NCBI GenBank assembly: GCA_964248365.1 | Contig: CAXTYC010000027.1 | Coordinates: 1-64,000, forward strand | Direction: 5' to 3' | From: an uncultured Chroococcidiopsis sp. | GTDB taxonomy: Bacteria > Cyanobacteriota > Cyanobacteriia > Cyanobacteriales > Chroococcidiopsidaceae | DNA: 64,000 bases | In this document: positions 10,850 to 20,929 of the stretch, in pieces | How the letters are laid out: each line of letters begins with the position of its first letter | Numbering within the stretch: the stretch's first letter is position 1 | The notes under the pieces: model-generated | The model's database searches: none | The model's input: only the letters and a program-made list of their open reading frames with translations | What the model was told of the DNA's origin: nothing | Made by a program: the position numbers and the translations under genes

Positions 10850-13324
10850 TTAATCAATTAGGATAATCGGCTTTGTGATTTCAACCTGGCGAATAACGCA
10901 ACCAATCAAACGGCATTGTGAATATCCCAAGGCTTGAAGTGAATTTAAACAGGTGTTGGCTTGGAAGGCTGGGATGGAAGCTAAGAGTCCACCTGATGTT
11001 TGGGGATCGAATAGTAGGGGGAATAATGGGCGATCGCAAACCTTTTCTACATTGGTAATATAACGTGCAGCTCGTAAGTTTTCTGGTTGCAGTGAGCTAA
11101 CAATTCCTTTTTGTATTGTCTCTTGTGCGCCTTCTAGAACGGGGATAGCTTCTAGTTTTAACTCGACACCAACTTGAGGGGAAGCTTGAATCATTTCGAT
11201 CAAGTGTCCGATTAGTCCAAAACCTGTGATATCTGTACAGGCGGTGGCTCCATGTTCTATTAAGCAAGTAGCTGCCCAGGAATTAGACAATAGCATTGAT
11301 TCAATAGCGCCATCAATCCAACGTCCTTTAGCTTCGCGGCGCATATCAGCAGCAAATAGTGTTCCTGTACCTAATGCTTTAGTAAGAATCAATACTTGTC
11401 CTGGTTTCATCCCGCCTTTTCGTAGTAGCTTGTCAGGATGAGCTAAACCGTTGCATGATAATCCAAATCCGAGTTCTGCTCCTTCGGTTGTATGTCCGCC
11501 AATTAGGGGTGTTTGCGTAGAGTTTAGCACTTTTACTGCGCCGGATAATAGCTGGTAAAGTGTTTCTTCGACTTTGGGTTCTAAAGCGTAGGGAATAGAA
11601 GCAATAGCCAAAGCGCTTTGAGGTGTTGCTCCCATAGCAAAAATATCACTCAAACAGTGATTGGCGCTAATTTGTCCAAAAATAAATGGATCGTTTATTA
11701 AACTACGAAAATAATCAATTGTATGTACCATTAATTGACCTGCTGGTACTTGCACGACGGCAGCATCATCAGGTGTATCAAGACCAATTATGATATCTGT
11801 GCGATCGCTCCTAAAATCTTGTTCTTGCCCGATTCGATTCAGTACACGCTCTAAAACTGTACTACCAACTTTAGAACCACAGCCAGCGCAACGCATTTGA
11901 GTGGCTAGTGGAACCGGTAGGCTAGTGGCTAGTGTTTTACCAATTTGCTCTGATTTTGCTAAATTTTCGCTTTCCCCTTCGCCCCCCGAAATTCGGGGGG
12001 TTGGGGGGATCAGTTGTTGCATCTGGGGGAGATGATTGAAGCGATGCATGAATTGGCGATCTATGTAGTCTTTCCAGCGCCATAGTATTGGAGTAGCACC
12101 AAAGCCGAATTTCCCCCAGGAGGCGATCGCACTTCCATCACCTGTACCGATTAAGCTTAAGTATTGTTTTTGTGGCTGGTAAGGTTGCAAGGGCTTTTGT
12201 AGCAAATTTTGCTGTAAGTTTTTATACAAGGGTTTACCTTGTCTAACAGCAAATACTCCAGCTTTCGGACGGGGATGATTTACAATTGTGGCAATATCAC
12301 CCGCAGCAAAGACATCTGGATGTGATATTGACTGTAATGTGTTGTGTACCTGAATAAAACCGTTTTCATCAGTTGCAAGTCCTGTTGCTTTGATCCACGC
12401 GGGTGCTGATGCTTGTGTTACCCAGAAGATGCGATCGCATTCTACCTTCAGTCCAGATTCACATTTCATTGAAAAGGTTGTAGGGGCAGGCTTAATTCCT
12501 TTATCTGTTGTCCTATACTCATATTTGTCAAACCTGCCCTTAGTGTGTTTAACCAAAGGTAGATCTGATAAATCCCCCTGGACAAGAGTAGGGTATGGTT
12601 GAATTTCGCATACTGTTTCTTGAAGGTGTAGCCTAATTCCACGCTGGTTCAAAATTTCCCCAAAGCGGTGACGTATCCAAGAATTATAGTTAGGCATCAA
12701 TTCTGCACCACTATGGAATAGGTGAATTTCCAGATTTTCTCTTGGCTGTCGGGTTGCTTCGAGTATCTGATGCAAGTGACTTTGCATCGAGAGTGTTAAT
12801 TCTACGCCGCCAGCACCTCCACCCACAATTCCCAAAGAAATAGGTTTTTGGGGATTTTGCTTTATCTGGTCAACTAATTGATACCAATGTGCTAGTAGTT
12901 GAGCAACTGGTTTAGCAGGAATTGCATATTCTGCCGCCCCTGGTACAGATACTTTAGCTGGTGTGCTGCCAATATCGATGGATAGGAGATCAAAAGCTAC
13001 AGGGGGACGGTTAGCACACAGAACTTTTTTGTTGGTTAAATCCAGCCCTGTTACCTGGTCAATATATAATTGTGCTTGGGAGAAAGAGGCTAGCGATCGC
13101 AAGTCTATATGACATTCGTCGTGACTGTAAAACCCTGCGATATGTCCAGGCAGCATACCAGAATAAGGAGTATCTGATGCTTCGGTAATGAGTGTAATTC
13201 TCACTCCAGGCAGTGGTTTCATCCCAAGCATTCTTAGGACAATGGCATGACTATGACCACCGCCAATCAATACTAAGTCTTTAACAAAAGAGTTTACAGC
13301 CTGCTGCATCTGAACTAAGGGCAA
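10850..13324 (-). CDS. selD: FAD/NAD(P) oxidoreductase - selenide,water dikinase fusion
   Basis: N-terminal GGGHSH, YSGMLPG and GGGAGGVE. C-terminal SelD motifs CAGCGSK, DDAA, DYF, SDIFAMG, GGHT, TDITGFGL and DPQTSGGLL. Confidence 0.93.
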   Translation of the reverse strand: MPLVQMQQAVNSFVKDLVLIGGGHSHAIVLRMLGMKPLPGVRITLITEASDTPYSGMLPGHIAGFYSHDECHIDLRSLASFSQAQLYIDQVTGLDLTNKKVLCANRPPVAFDLLSIDIGSTPAKVSVPGAAEYAIPAKPVAQLLAHWYQLVDQIKQNPQKPISLGIVGGGAGGVELTLSMQSHLHQILEATRQPRENLEIHLFHSGAELMPNYNSWIRHRFGEILNQRGIRLHLQETVCEIQPYPTLVQGDLSDLPLVKHTKGRFDKYEYRTTDKGIKPAPTTFSMKCESGLKVECDRIFWVTQASAPAWIKATGLATDENGFIQVHNTLQSISHPDVFAAGDIATIVNHPRPKAGVFAVRQGKPLYKNLQQNLLQKPLQPYQPQKQYLSLIGTGDGSAIASWGKFGFGATPILWRWKDYIDRQFMHRFNHLPQMQQLIPPTPRISGGEGESENLAKSEQIGKTLATSLPVPLATQMRCAGCGSKVGSTVLERVLNRIGQEQDFRSDRTDIIIGLDTPDDAAVVQVPAGQLMVHTIDYFRSLINDPFIFGQISANHCLSDIFAMGATPQSALAIASIPYALEPKVEETLYQLLSGAVKVLNSTQTPLIGGHTTEGAELGFGLSCNGLAHPDKLLRKGGMKPGQVLILTKALGTGTLFAADMRREAKGRWIDGAIESMLLSNSWAATCLIEHGATACTDITGFGLIGHLIEMIQASPQVGVELKLEAIPVLEGAQETIQKGIVSSLQPENLRAARYITNVEKVCDRPLFPLLFDPQTSGGLLASIPAFQANTCLNSLQALGYSQCRLIGCVIRQVEITKPIILID

Positions 13325-13474
13325 TGTCTTATTTCTAATTCTATTAGCTTTTAGCTTTTAGCTTTTAGCAACACTATTGACACGAACTCCTATTAAAGAG
13401 CCAAAAAAGCTAGCTGCAAAGAAGATATACTAACAGCTAATCGCTTTTCTGACAAAATTCATCATTTATGAATT

Positions 13475-14080
13475 ATGATTGACCTTTATACATTCACCAC
13501 ACCAAACGGACGTAAGGCTTCCATTATGTTGGAGGAAGTTGGTTTACCTTATAACGTCCATAAGATAGACATTACCAAGAATGAGCAATTCACACCGGAG
13601 TATATAGCCATTAACCCGAATAGCAAAATTCCGGCAATTGTTGATCGAGACGCTGGCATTACAGTTTTTGAATCTGGCGCTATTTTGATGTATTTAGCAG
13701 AGAAAACTGGAAAATTGCTGCCTACCGACCAAAAAGGACGCTACGTGGTAATAGAGTGGCTAATGTTGCAGATGGGTAGTGTGGGACCAATGTTTGGTCA
13801 ACTAAACCATTTTAAGAAGTTTGCACCAGAAAAGATACCTTATGCTATTGAACGTTACGAAAAAGAAACGTTACGCCTTTATGGTGTTTTAGATCGGCAA
13901 CTGCGAGACAATGAATTTATCTGCGGTGATTACTCAATTGCTGATGTAGCCACCTATCCTTGGGTTGCTGTTTACGAGTTTCAAGGTTTGACACTGGACA
14001 ATCACCCCAATCTTAAGCATTGGGTTGAGACAATGCAACAACGTCCGGCTGTACAAAGTGGGATGAAAGTACCAGCTTAG
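13475..14080 (+). CDS. Glutathione S-transferase family protein (YfcG/Nu-like)
   Basis: TPNG, NPNSKIP, ESGAIL and YSIAD motifs. Confidence 0.92.
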   Translation: MIDLYTFTTPNGRKASIMLEEVGLPYNVHKIDITKNEQFTPEYIAINPNSKIPAIVDRDAGITVFESGAILMYLAEKTGKLLPTDQKGRYVVIEWLMLQMGSVGPMFGQLNHFKKFAPEKIPYAIERYEKETLRLYGVLDRQLRDNEFICGDYSIADVATYPWVAVYEFQGLTLDNHPNLKHWVETMQQRPAVQSGMKVPA

Positions 14081-14087
14081 ATTACTT

Positions 14088-15401
14088 TTAGTTACAGAAT
14101 TTCTCCACGCAGCGGACAAAAATCTCTACACCCATTGGCAAAGCTGTTTCATCAAAATCAAACCGAGGATGATGATGGGGGTAGGCTAAATTTTTATCTG
14201 GATTGGCAGAACCAAGGAAGAAATAGCAGCCAGGTACTTCTTGCAGGAAGAAAGACATATCTTCACCGCCCATAGTTTGGCATTCTGGCACAATACCGAC
14301 TGGTGTTTCTATTACTTCCACGACTTGCGATCGCACTAATTCTGCCATGTCAGAATTATTGATTACAGGCGGATAAAGTCGCCAATACTCTAAATCATAC
14401 GTCGCCCCATGACTGTGGCAAATGCCAGAAATTATTTGCTCAATCCGCTGTCCAAAATAACCTTCAAAATTGGGGTTGAAATACCGTACAGTGCCACTCA
14501 TCCTTGCCGTATCAGCAATCACGTTGAGTGCATTACCAGCATGAAGTTCCCCAATTGTGACTACAGCAGATTCTAAAGGATCGACATTACGCGCCACAAT
14601 CGTTTGTAAAGCATTTACTACTTGGGCAGCAACCACAACTGAATCAACAGTTTGATGGGGCATTGCGCCGTGTCCGCCTTTGCCTAATATAGTGCAGCGG
14701 AAACACTCTACAGCTGCCATCAATGCGCCAGTACGAACGCCTACTGTACCTAGAGGTAAGTTATTCCACAGGTGTAAACCAATAATTGCATCAACATTGG
14801 GATTTTTTAGCACTCCCGCCTCAATCATTGGCTTAGCGCCGCCAGGTCCTTCTTCGGCTGGCTGGAAGATGATTTTGACTGTGCCAGCAAAGTCGTTGCG
14901 ATGCTGGGAAAGATAGTAAGCTGTACCTAGTGCGATCGCTGTATGTCCATCATGTCCACAAGCGTGCATTACCCCATCGTGTTGGGACTTATAAGAAACC
15001 TCGTTTTCCTCCTGAATGGGCAAGGCATCCATATCCGCCCGTATTGCCAATACTTTTGGATTTTGGATTTTAGATTTTGGATTTTGGATTGAGAATTCTT
15101 CCCCTTGTCCCCAAGTCTTGAAGTCTTGTTGTCCTGTATTCCTCTCGCCCCTCGCCTCTCGCCCCTCGCCCCTTATAGTGGCTACAATACCCGTTTTTGC
15201 AATGCCAGTTTGATGCTCAATTCCCCATTCTTGCAATTTTTGGGCAATAAATTCGGCTGTTAGTTGTTCTTTAAATCCGAGTTCAGGACGTTGGTGTAGT
15301 CGTCGTCGCCATTCTACCAGTTGCGGCTGTAAAGCCTGGATTTCTGACCTTACGCGGGAAAGGTCAATATCAATAGGGTTTTGTGATGCGGTGGAAATCA
15401 T
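14088..15401 (-). CDS. M20 family amidohydrolase
   Basis: HQRPEL, RADMDALP, MHACGHDGH, QPAEEG, GGHG and HHHPRFD motifs. Confidence 0.93.
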   Translation of the reverse strand: MISTASQNPIDIDLSRVRSEIQALQPQLVEWRRRLHQRPELGFKEQLTAEFIAQKLQEWGIEHQTGIAKTGIVATIRGEGREARGERNTGQQDFKTWGQGEEFSIQNPKSKIQNPKVLAIRADMDALPIQEENEVSYKSQHDGVMHACGHDGHTAIALGTAYYLSQHRNDFAGTVKIIFQPAEEGPGGAKPMIEAGVLKNPNVDAIIGLHLWNNLPLGTVGVRTGALMAAVECFRCTILGKGGHGAMPHQTVDSVVVAAQVVNALQTIVARNVDPLESAVVTIGELHAGNALNVIADTARMSGTVRYFNPNFEGYFGQRIEQIISGICHSHGATYDLEYWRLYPPVINNSDMAELVRSQVVEVIETPVGIVPECQTMGGEDMSFFLQEVPGCYFFLGSANPDKNLAYPHHHPRFDFDETALPMGVEIFVRCVEKFCN

Positions 15402-15417
15402 TTTTTTCTAAATATAA

Positions 15418-16125
15418 TTACAGTGGCATTAGCCACTCTAGATCTAAATCTGACGCAACAAGGGCTAGTTTATCCAAATCAGTTGTATTTTCTAAATAAG
15501 GCAAGCAGCCTAAAACTGGGGTATTGGTTAGGGACTCAATTATATCAACAGGTGTCAAGTCAGCAATTTCGGCTTGTGAACGCGGTTGTACACAGTTGAG
15601 AACAATGCCTTTCAAGTTAACATTAGTAAGTCTGGCTAAGGCAACATTGGCAACTGTTTGTGCGATCGCTCCCAATTTTACCGGAACTACTAACACTGTT
15701 GGTAATCGCCACGAAGAAGCTAAATCTGCTACTGTTAACTCACTCGTTACGGGTGATCCTAATCCTCCTAGTGCTTCTACTAGTACCCAATCTCTTTTTG
15801 AGCGCAAATTTTCTAAAGCTTGCCAAACAATTCCTAAGTCTACTGTACGTCCTTCCCTAGCGGCGGCGATCGGTGGGGCTAGGGGTGCGTCAAAATATAG
15901 TGGTGTAATTTCGTCTGGTGATTGATTCAGGGAAAAAGTCTGCGTGTATAATTGGCGATCGCCTATCCCTGCCTGAATCAACTTCATTATTCCGAAAGTG
16001 CGCTCAAGTTGATATTTTTGCCAATAAGCGGCTAAAGCCACCGTTAAGACTGTTTTCCCAACTTCAGTATCAGTTCCCGTAATTAATAGTACATTCAAAA
16101 CAAAGTCATTCCTACGACTAACCAC
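15418..16125 (-). CDS. bioD: Dethiobiotin synthase
   Basis: [11 protein letters not shown] and LVEALGGL motifs. Confidence 0.92.
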   Translation of the reverse strand: MVSRRNDFVLNVLLITGTDTEVGKTVLTVALAAYWQKYQLERTFGIMKLIQAGIGDRQLYTQTFSLNQSPDEITPLYFDAPLAPPIAAAREGRTVDLGIVWQALENLRSKRDWVLVEALGGLGSPVTSELTVADLASSWRLPTVLVVPVKLGAIAQTVANVALARLTNVNLKGIVLNCVQPRSQAEIADLTPVDIIESLTNTPVLGCLPYLENTTDLDKLALVASDLDLEWLMPL

Positions 16126-18089
16126 TATTGTAATTTGCTCACACTAACATCTAAACTAAAATCGATTTCTTTATCTGGAATCGGCACAACATCTATTTGA
16201 TAATCACCACTGTCAGGTACTTGACCTTGCCAGTTTAGCAGTCTAGAAGCATCTTCCAACAATCGACCATTCGGATTGCGAATATCCAATGTAACTGCAC
16301 CTTTTATCACTGCTACTGACAACTGTTGACCGGACTTAACATTGACTAGGTAGCGCTTAATTTGCTGTCGTCCACCAGTCCGACCAGAAATCCTGGTTGC
16401 GGTTTTACCATCAGGAAAGCTGATAGATTCAGATTCTACAGTGGGAACTTCTACACTAGGAGTTGGTGGAGATGAAGTTTGTGGGGGTGCGGGTATAGGT
16501 GCAACTGGGTTTTCTAAGCTTAGTTTAAGTTTGTAGTTGCTTTCGTCAATTCCCTCTACGGGACTTAATTGAATTGTGTATTCACCACTAAGCGGGAGTG
16601 TACCTTGATAGCGTGTCACACGCACTGAGTCCGCACCTATGGGTACTTGATTTGGTGCTAATACTGTCAGCAAAATTCCTTCTTTTTCTAAGGAAGCGGT
16701 TAACTGTTGTCCTTGTTCACCTTTGAATGTGTAGTAAACAGTCGAATCAGCTTTCAAGCTACTTTCAATACTTGTGCTTTCACCTGGGACTAGATTTAAA
16801 GACTGGTTATAAGTGGTTGGTTGATTGTTAAGTGTAGGTGTAGGTGTGGGTGTTGGTGTAAGGCTAGGTGTTGGTATTGGTGTTGGTGTTGGTGTAGAAC
16901 TGTTAGAAACGGTTGGTGAGGGAAAGTTTTGTGGTATTGGACGCTGATTATTATCCTTGTGAAGCAAGGCATTCATTATTGACCACCCTCCCATGCCAGC
17001 AAGTATTGCAACAAAAATTATTAGTGGCGCAAACATCCAAGGTTTATCCAAAATTCCTCGATGTTTAGGTGTGTGAATAACTGGGTCTGGTCGAGAGGGT
17101 TTACCTGTATTGGGTTGAACGAGATCAGGATTACGCACAACTGCGACTGTTTGTAGTCTGGATACCTGTGCTGCTGACGAGTGTTGATTTGGAGGAGGGT
17201 AAGCTGAGGTTGAAGCGATCGCCGCACTCTGGTGTTCAATTGCTTGGAGAGCTTTTGCTACTTCAGCAACAGATTGGTAGCGATCGCTCGGCTTATAACT
17301 TAACATCCGATTCAATACAATAGCTAGCTGGGGAGAAACTGCTACCCAATGCTGCCAATTCCAAACTAAATTATTATCATCAAACAATTCTTGTGGTTCT
17401 TTACCCGTCAGCAGCACGACGGCTGTAACAGCTAGTGAATAAAGATCGCTACAGGGATAAGCTCTTCCTGTCTGGATTTGTTCGCTGGGTGCATAGCCTA
17501 GTTTTCCAACTGTTGTTGGTTGGGGATAATTATTATTATTTGGTGATTGGAATCGAGTAGCCAGTTCCTTTACTACACCGAAATCAATCAATACTGGTTT
17601 ACCATCATCTCGCAAAATAATATTGTCTGGCGAGATATCCCGATGTACAATTCCTTTAGTATGAATATGTGCCAGCACTGGCAACAGCTGCCGCAGCAGT
17701 TGGAGTACCTCTGCTTCCGAAAAAGTTATCCCAGCAGCTAGACGTTCATCCAACAGCGTTTTATAAGTTTTTCCTGCAACATAATCCTGTACCAAAAACA
17801 ACCGCTTATCCTCCTCAAACGTGGCGCGAAACTGTGGAATTTGCGGGTGTTGAATTTGATAAAGGATGGCTGCTTCTCGTTGAAACAGTTCTTTTGACTT
17901 TTCCAGAAAGTAAGTTTCTGCTTGAGATGGAATCAGTTCTTTTAAGGCGCATAGTTCATTAAAGCGCCCTATGTCTTCTGCCAAATATGTCCGACCAAAT
18001 CCTCCTTGACCTATAATCTTGACTACGCGGTAGCGGCTTTGAAGGACAGTGCCAAGCCTGAGTGGGGGTTGGAAAGATGATTGATTCAT
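16125..18089 (-). CDS. Membrane Ser/Thr protein kinase with Pro/Thr linker and extracellular beta domains
   Basis: [21 protein letters not shown] and APSEQ motifs, a TM helix and (TP)n. ATG at 18089 is preferred because the longer ORF start runs into a dispersed repeat. Confidence 0.92.
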   Translation of the reverse strand: MNQSSFQPPLRLGTVLQSRYRVVKIIGQGGFGRTYLAEDIGRFNELCALKELIPSQAETYFLEKSKELFQREAAILYQIQHPQIPQFRATFEEDKRLFLVQDYVAGKTYKTLLDERLAAGITFSEAEVLQLLRQLLPVLAHIHTKGIVHRDISPDNIILRDDGKPVLIDFGVVKELATRFQSPNNNNYPQPTTVGKLGYAPSEQIQTGRAYPCSDLYSLAVTAVVLLTGKEPQELFDDNNLVWNWQHWVAVSPQLAIVLNRMLSYKPSDRYQSVAEVAKALQAIEHQSAAIASTSAYPPPNQHSSAAQVSRLQTVAVVRNPDLVQPNTGKPSRPDPVIHTPKHRGILDKPWMFAPLIIFVAILAGMGGWSIMNALLHKDNNQRPIPQNFPSPTVSNSSTPTPTPIPTPSLTPTPTPTPTLNNQPTTYNQSLNLVPGESTSIESSLKADSTVYYTFKGEQGQQLTASLEKEGILLTVLAPNQVPIGADSVRVTRYQGTLPLSGEYTIQLSPVEGIDESNYKLKLSLENPVAPIPAPPQTSSPPTPSVEVPTVESESISFPDGKTATRISGRTGGRQQIKRYLVNVKSGQQLSVAVIKGAVTLDIRNPNGRLLEDASRLLNWQGQVPDSGDYQIDVVPIPDKEIDFSLDVSVSKLQ

Positions 18090-18175
18090 TTGACTAGAAG
18101 CAAGAACTGCTTTTGGGCTAAGTGAGTTTTCTGAATAAATTTTGCCACTTTGTTTACCGAGTCTGCTGATTCCTC

Positions 18176-18270
18176 GTGTTGCACAGAGTCTAGAGGATAG
18201 TGTCGCGCCTCGACGCACAAACGCGAAGATGATAAGAAAAAGTTATCATAAGTTTTATACAAAGCTCTGA
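18176..18270. repeat. Dispersed MITE-like repeat (about 95 bp), second copy at 54233-54325
   Basis: Shared TGTTGCACA.AGTCTAGA...GTGTCGCGCCTCGACGC...ATAAGA.AAA...AAGTTTT. Confidence 0.75.
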
Positions 18271-18632
18271 TACCTTACTGGAGCAGTACATTTATTTTTC
18301 CCGTCTTAGCCACTACTATTTTGCTTTAGTTTCACATTTAAAAGTGAGCTTTTTGACTTGACGATTTTTTTGGGAGGAACAAAATAAATTACTTATGGAT
18401 CTCTTGGTTGCCTGTTACATTTCACAGCATAAGCAATTTTACTGGGTTGAATTTTTATTTTGTCAGCAGGTAAACAGTCCCTGGCACAGGACAGAGCGAA
18501 ACTGGTAACTGGGTTTCTGGTAACTGGGTTTCTGATAACTGGTAACAGATAACTGGTAACAGCTAAAAACAATCTTAATAAATTAATTTTCAGAAAAATT
18601 TTGCATAAACTTGTTAAATCTGTGATGATAAG

Positions 18633-19655
18633 ATGGCGATAATCGCGCTTCGAGGGACTGTTGTGCTACGTTCTGCAACTTTAAAGCTGCAATCTGCTCC
18701 AATAGCGATTGCAGATAATAACAGACTGCGGCTATTTTCTGGCTCAGCAAACATACCTTTATCCCAGGAAGTTGCTCGTTACCTGGGTATAGATTTGGGA
18801 CCAATGATCCGCAAATCATTTGCGGATGGTGAAATATATATTCAAATCCAAGAATCTATTAGAGGCTGTGATGTTTACCTAATGCAGCCAACCTGCCATC
18901 CAGTGAACGATCACTTGATGGAATTAATGATTATGATTGATGCCTGTCGTCGAGCTTCGGCGCGGCAAATTACAGCAGTGCTTCCCTACTATGGTTATGC
19001 TAGGGCAGACCGCAAAACAGCAGGACGAGAGTCAATTACTGCTAAATTGGTGGCAAACCTAATTACCCAAGCAGGGGCAGACCGAGTGATAGCAATGGAT
19101 TTGCACTCGGCGCAAATCCAGGGTTATTTTGATATACCGTTTGACCATCCTTACGGTTCACCAGTTTTGATTGATTATCTGGCAAGCAAACAACTGTCTG
19201 ATATTGTTGTGGTTTCGCCAGATGTGGGGGGTGTGGCAAGGGCTAGAGCGTTTGCCAAAAAACTCAATGACGCACCGTTGGCAATTATTGACAAACGTCG
19301 TCAGGCTCACAATGTAGCTGAAGTTTTGAATGTGATTGGTGACGTATCTGGCAAGACAGCAGTATTAGTAGATGACATGATTGATACTGGTGGTACGCTC
19401 AGTGAAGGAGCTAGGTTACTGCGTCAAGAGGGAGCGCGTCAGGTTTACGCTTGTGCTACCCATGCAGTGTTTTCACCCCCAGCAAGTCAAAGGTTATCTA
19501 GTGGTTTGTTTGAAGAGGTAATAGTAACGAACACAATTCCGGTACCAGAAGAAGTGCGTTTTGAACAGTTAACAGTGCTTTCTGTAGCGAATCTGTTAGG
19601 GGAAACTATTTGGCGCGTTCATGAGGATAGTTCTGTTAGCAGTATGTTTCGTTAA
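18633..19655 (+). CDS. prs: Ribose-phosphate pyrophosphokinase
   Basis: FADGE, PYYGYARADRK, VSPDVGG and VDDMIDTGGT motifs. Confidence 0.97.
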   Translation: MAIIALRGTVVLRSATLKLQSAPIAIADNNRLRLFSGSANIPLSQEVARYLGIDLGPMIRKSFADGEIYIQIQESIRGCDVYLMQPTCHPVNDHLMELMIMIDACRRASARQITAVLPYYGYARADRKTAGRESITAKLVANLITQAGADRVIAMDLHSAQIQGYFDIPFDHPYGSPVLIDYLASKQLSDIVVVSPDVGGVARARAFAKKLNDAPLAIIDKRRQAHNVAEVLNVIGDVSGKTAVLVDDMIDTGGTLSEGARLLRQEGARQVYACATHAVFSPPASQRLSSGLFEEVIVTNTIPVPEEVRFEQLTVLSVANLLGETIWRVHEDSSVSSMFR

Positions 19656-19700
19656 GGCGCCGCAGTTAGAACGTACTACAATACTTTTTTCTCTAGGAAC

Positions 19701-19722
19701 AAAGCCCGTTTATGCGGGCTTT
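19701..19722 (+). terminator. Probable intrinsic terminator after prs
   Basis: AAAGCCCG-N6-CGGGCTTT hairpin. Confidence 0.6.
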
Positions 19723-19764
19723 ATGCTTAATTTAGTTTGTTTGGATCTGCAAAAGGAGAATTCA

Positions 19765-20022
19765 ATGAGTAACCAGTGTACACATCTTAATCAAATCCAA
19801 GACGTGACACCCAGCGCCCAAGGTTGTGAGGAATGTCTAAAAATGGGCGATCGCTGGGTACATCTGCGCGAATGTCTGATTTGCGGTCACGTTGGCTGTT
19901 GCGACTCCTCTAAGAACAAACACGCTACTAAACACTTCCATGCAACGTCTCATCCGATTGTCAAGTCATTTGAGCCTGGGGAGGACTGGAGATGGTGTTA
20001 TATCGATCAGAGTTTCATTTAG
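19765..20022 (+). CDS. Stand-alone UBP-type zinc finger protein
   Basis: CTH, GCEEC, WVHLRECLICGHVGCCDSS..KHATKH and EPGEDWRWCY motifs; AAGGAG RBS before ATG 19765. Confidence 0.9.
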   Translation: MSNQCTHLNQIQDVTPSAQGCEECLKMGDRWVHLRECLICGHVGCCDSSKNKHATKHFHATSHPIVKSFEPGEDWRWCYIDQSFI

Positions 20023-20516
20023 TCTGCGATCTGCCACCGCACGAAAGGACGCGAACCAAGTACACTACGAACGCTGAAGCCAGATGGGTTAGCATCAGTG
20101 TCTGGTGGTAGCACTACGCGAAAAAAAACTTTGCCTTCCCGAAAGATAAACTGATAGAGGTGTTCCCCATCACTTTCATCTATAGCCGTACCAATGCAGT
20201 CAGCGTAGGCTGTTTTCAGAGGCGCTTTATAATCAACTAACTTATCACCTGAAGATATTATTTGAGCGCCTTGTGCGATCGCTGAAGTATCCGCAATTAC
20301 TGTATTCTCTCCACCACCTTCGTAGTACCGAAACGAAGTCCAAAGTCCAACTGTCTTGGGGCAGTTTCCTGATTGACGTTTTACCTTGAATACAGTATTA
20401 GGAGGAGATTTTGGCAACGATGTCTTGGGTGACTGAGCTAGTGTGGCAGTAGGTGATAAAACAAGCAAACAGAAGAATAAACTAAGTATTGTTGTAAACT
20501 GCGTCACAGTCTTCAT
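20019..20516 (-). CDS. Secreted hypothetical protein
   Basis: Signal peptide ending TLA-Q and two Cys. Confidence 0.75.
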   Translation of the reverse strand: MKTVTQFTTILSLFFCLLVLSPTATLAQSPKTSLPKSPPNTVFKVKRQSGNCPKTVGLWTSFRYYEGGGENTVIADTSAIAQGAQIISSGDKLVDYKAPLKTAYADCIGTAIDESDGEHLYQFIFREGKVFFRVVLPPDTDANPSGFSVRSVLGSRPFVRWQIAD

Positions 20517-20692
20517 ATATCAATAAGCAACGATCAATTATCGCTGCCATCTTTTGGCAAATGACAGCCCAGGAAGAAAGATGCGTTTTACCACTCCAAT
20601 AGGAGTGCTATAAGGAGGAGAAAGGCAAAAAAAGGGCAGCCCCTACAACCGCTATCAATCCAAAATCCGATCCCCCCTGCGCCCTTAAAAAG

Positions 20693-20789
20693 CAATACGG
20701 TTCAGTTAAAAGCGATCGATCCTCAAAGATCCCCCCTAGCCCCCCTTAAAAAGGGGGGTTGGGGGGATCGTCTTATCTGAACCGTATTG
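20693..20789. mobile_element. 97-bp MITE with terminal inverted repeats and 10-bp target duplication
   Basis: TIRs CAATACGGTTCAGTTAA / TTATCTGAACCGTATTG; direct repeat CCTTAAAAAG at 20683-20692 and 20790-20799. Confidence 0.88.
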
Positions 20790-20929
20790 CCTTAAAAAGG
20801 GGGAATCTAAAATCTAAAATCCCATAGCGAGCGTGTTTTCAGCTACAGTCCAGCAAGCAGCAGTCGTCAAGAATGGTTATTTAGACGACTAATAGGCTTT
20901 TTGTGATCAAAGCCTACTGCCCATGAAGT

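Noticed and set aside
11870..11900. Selenocysteine (UGA) in SelD
   Set aside because: The active-site motif is encoded with Cys codons and the frame has no internal TGA.
18090..18218. N-terminal extension of the Ser/Thr kinase
   Set aside because: The extension begins inside a dispersed repeat; ATG 18089 fits the kinase domain start.
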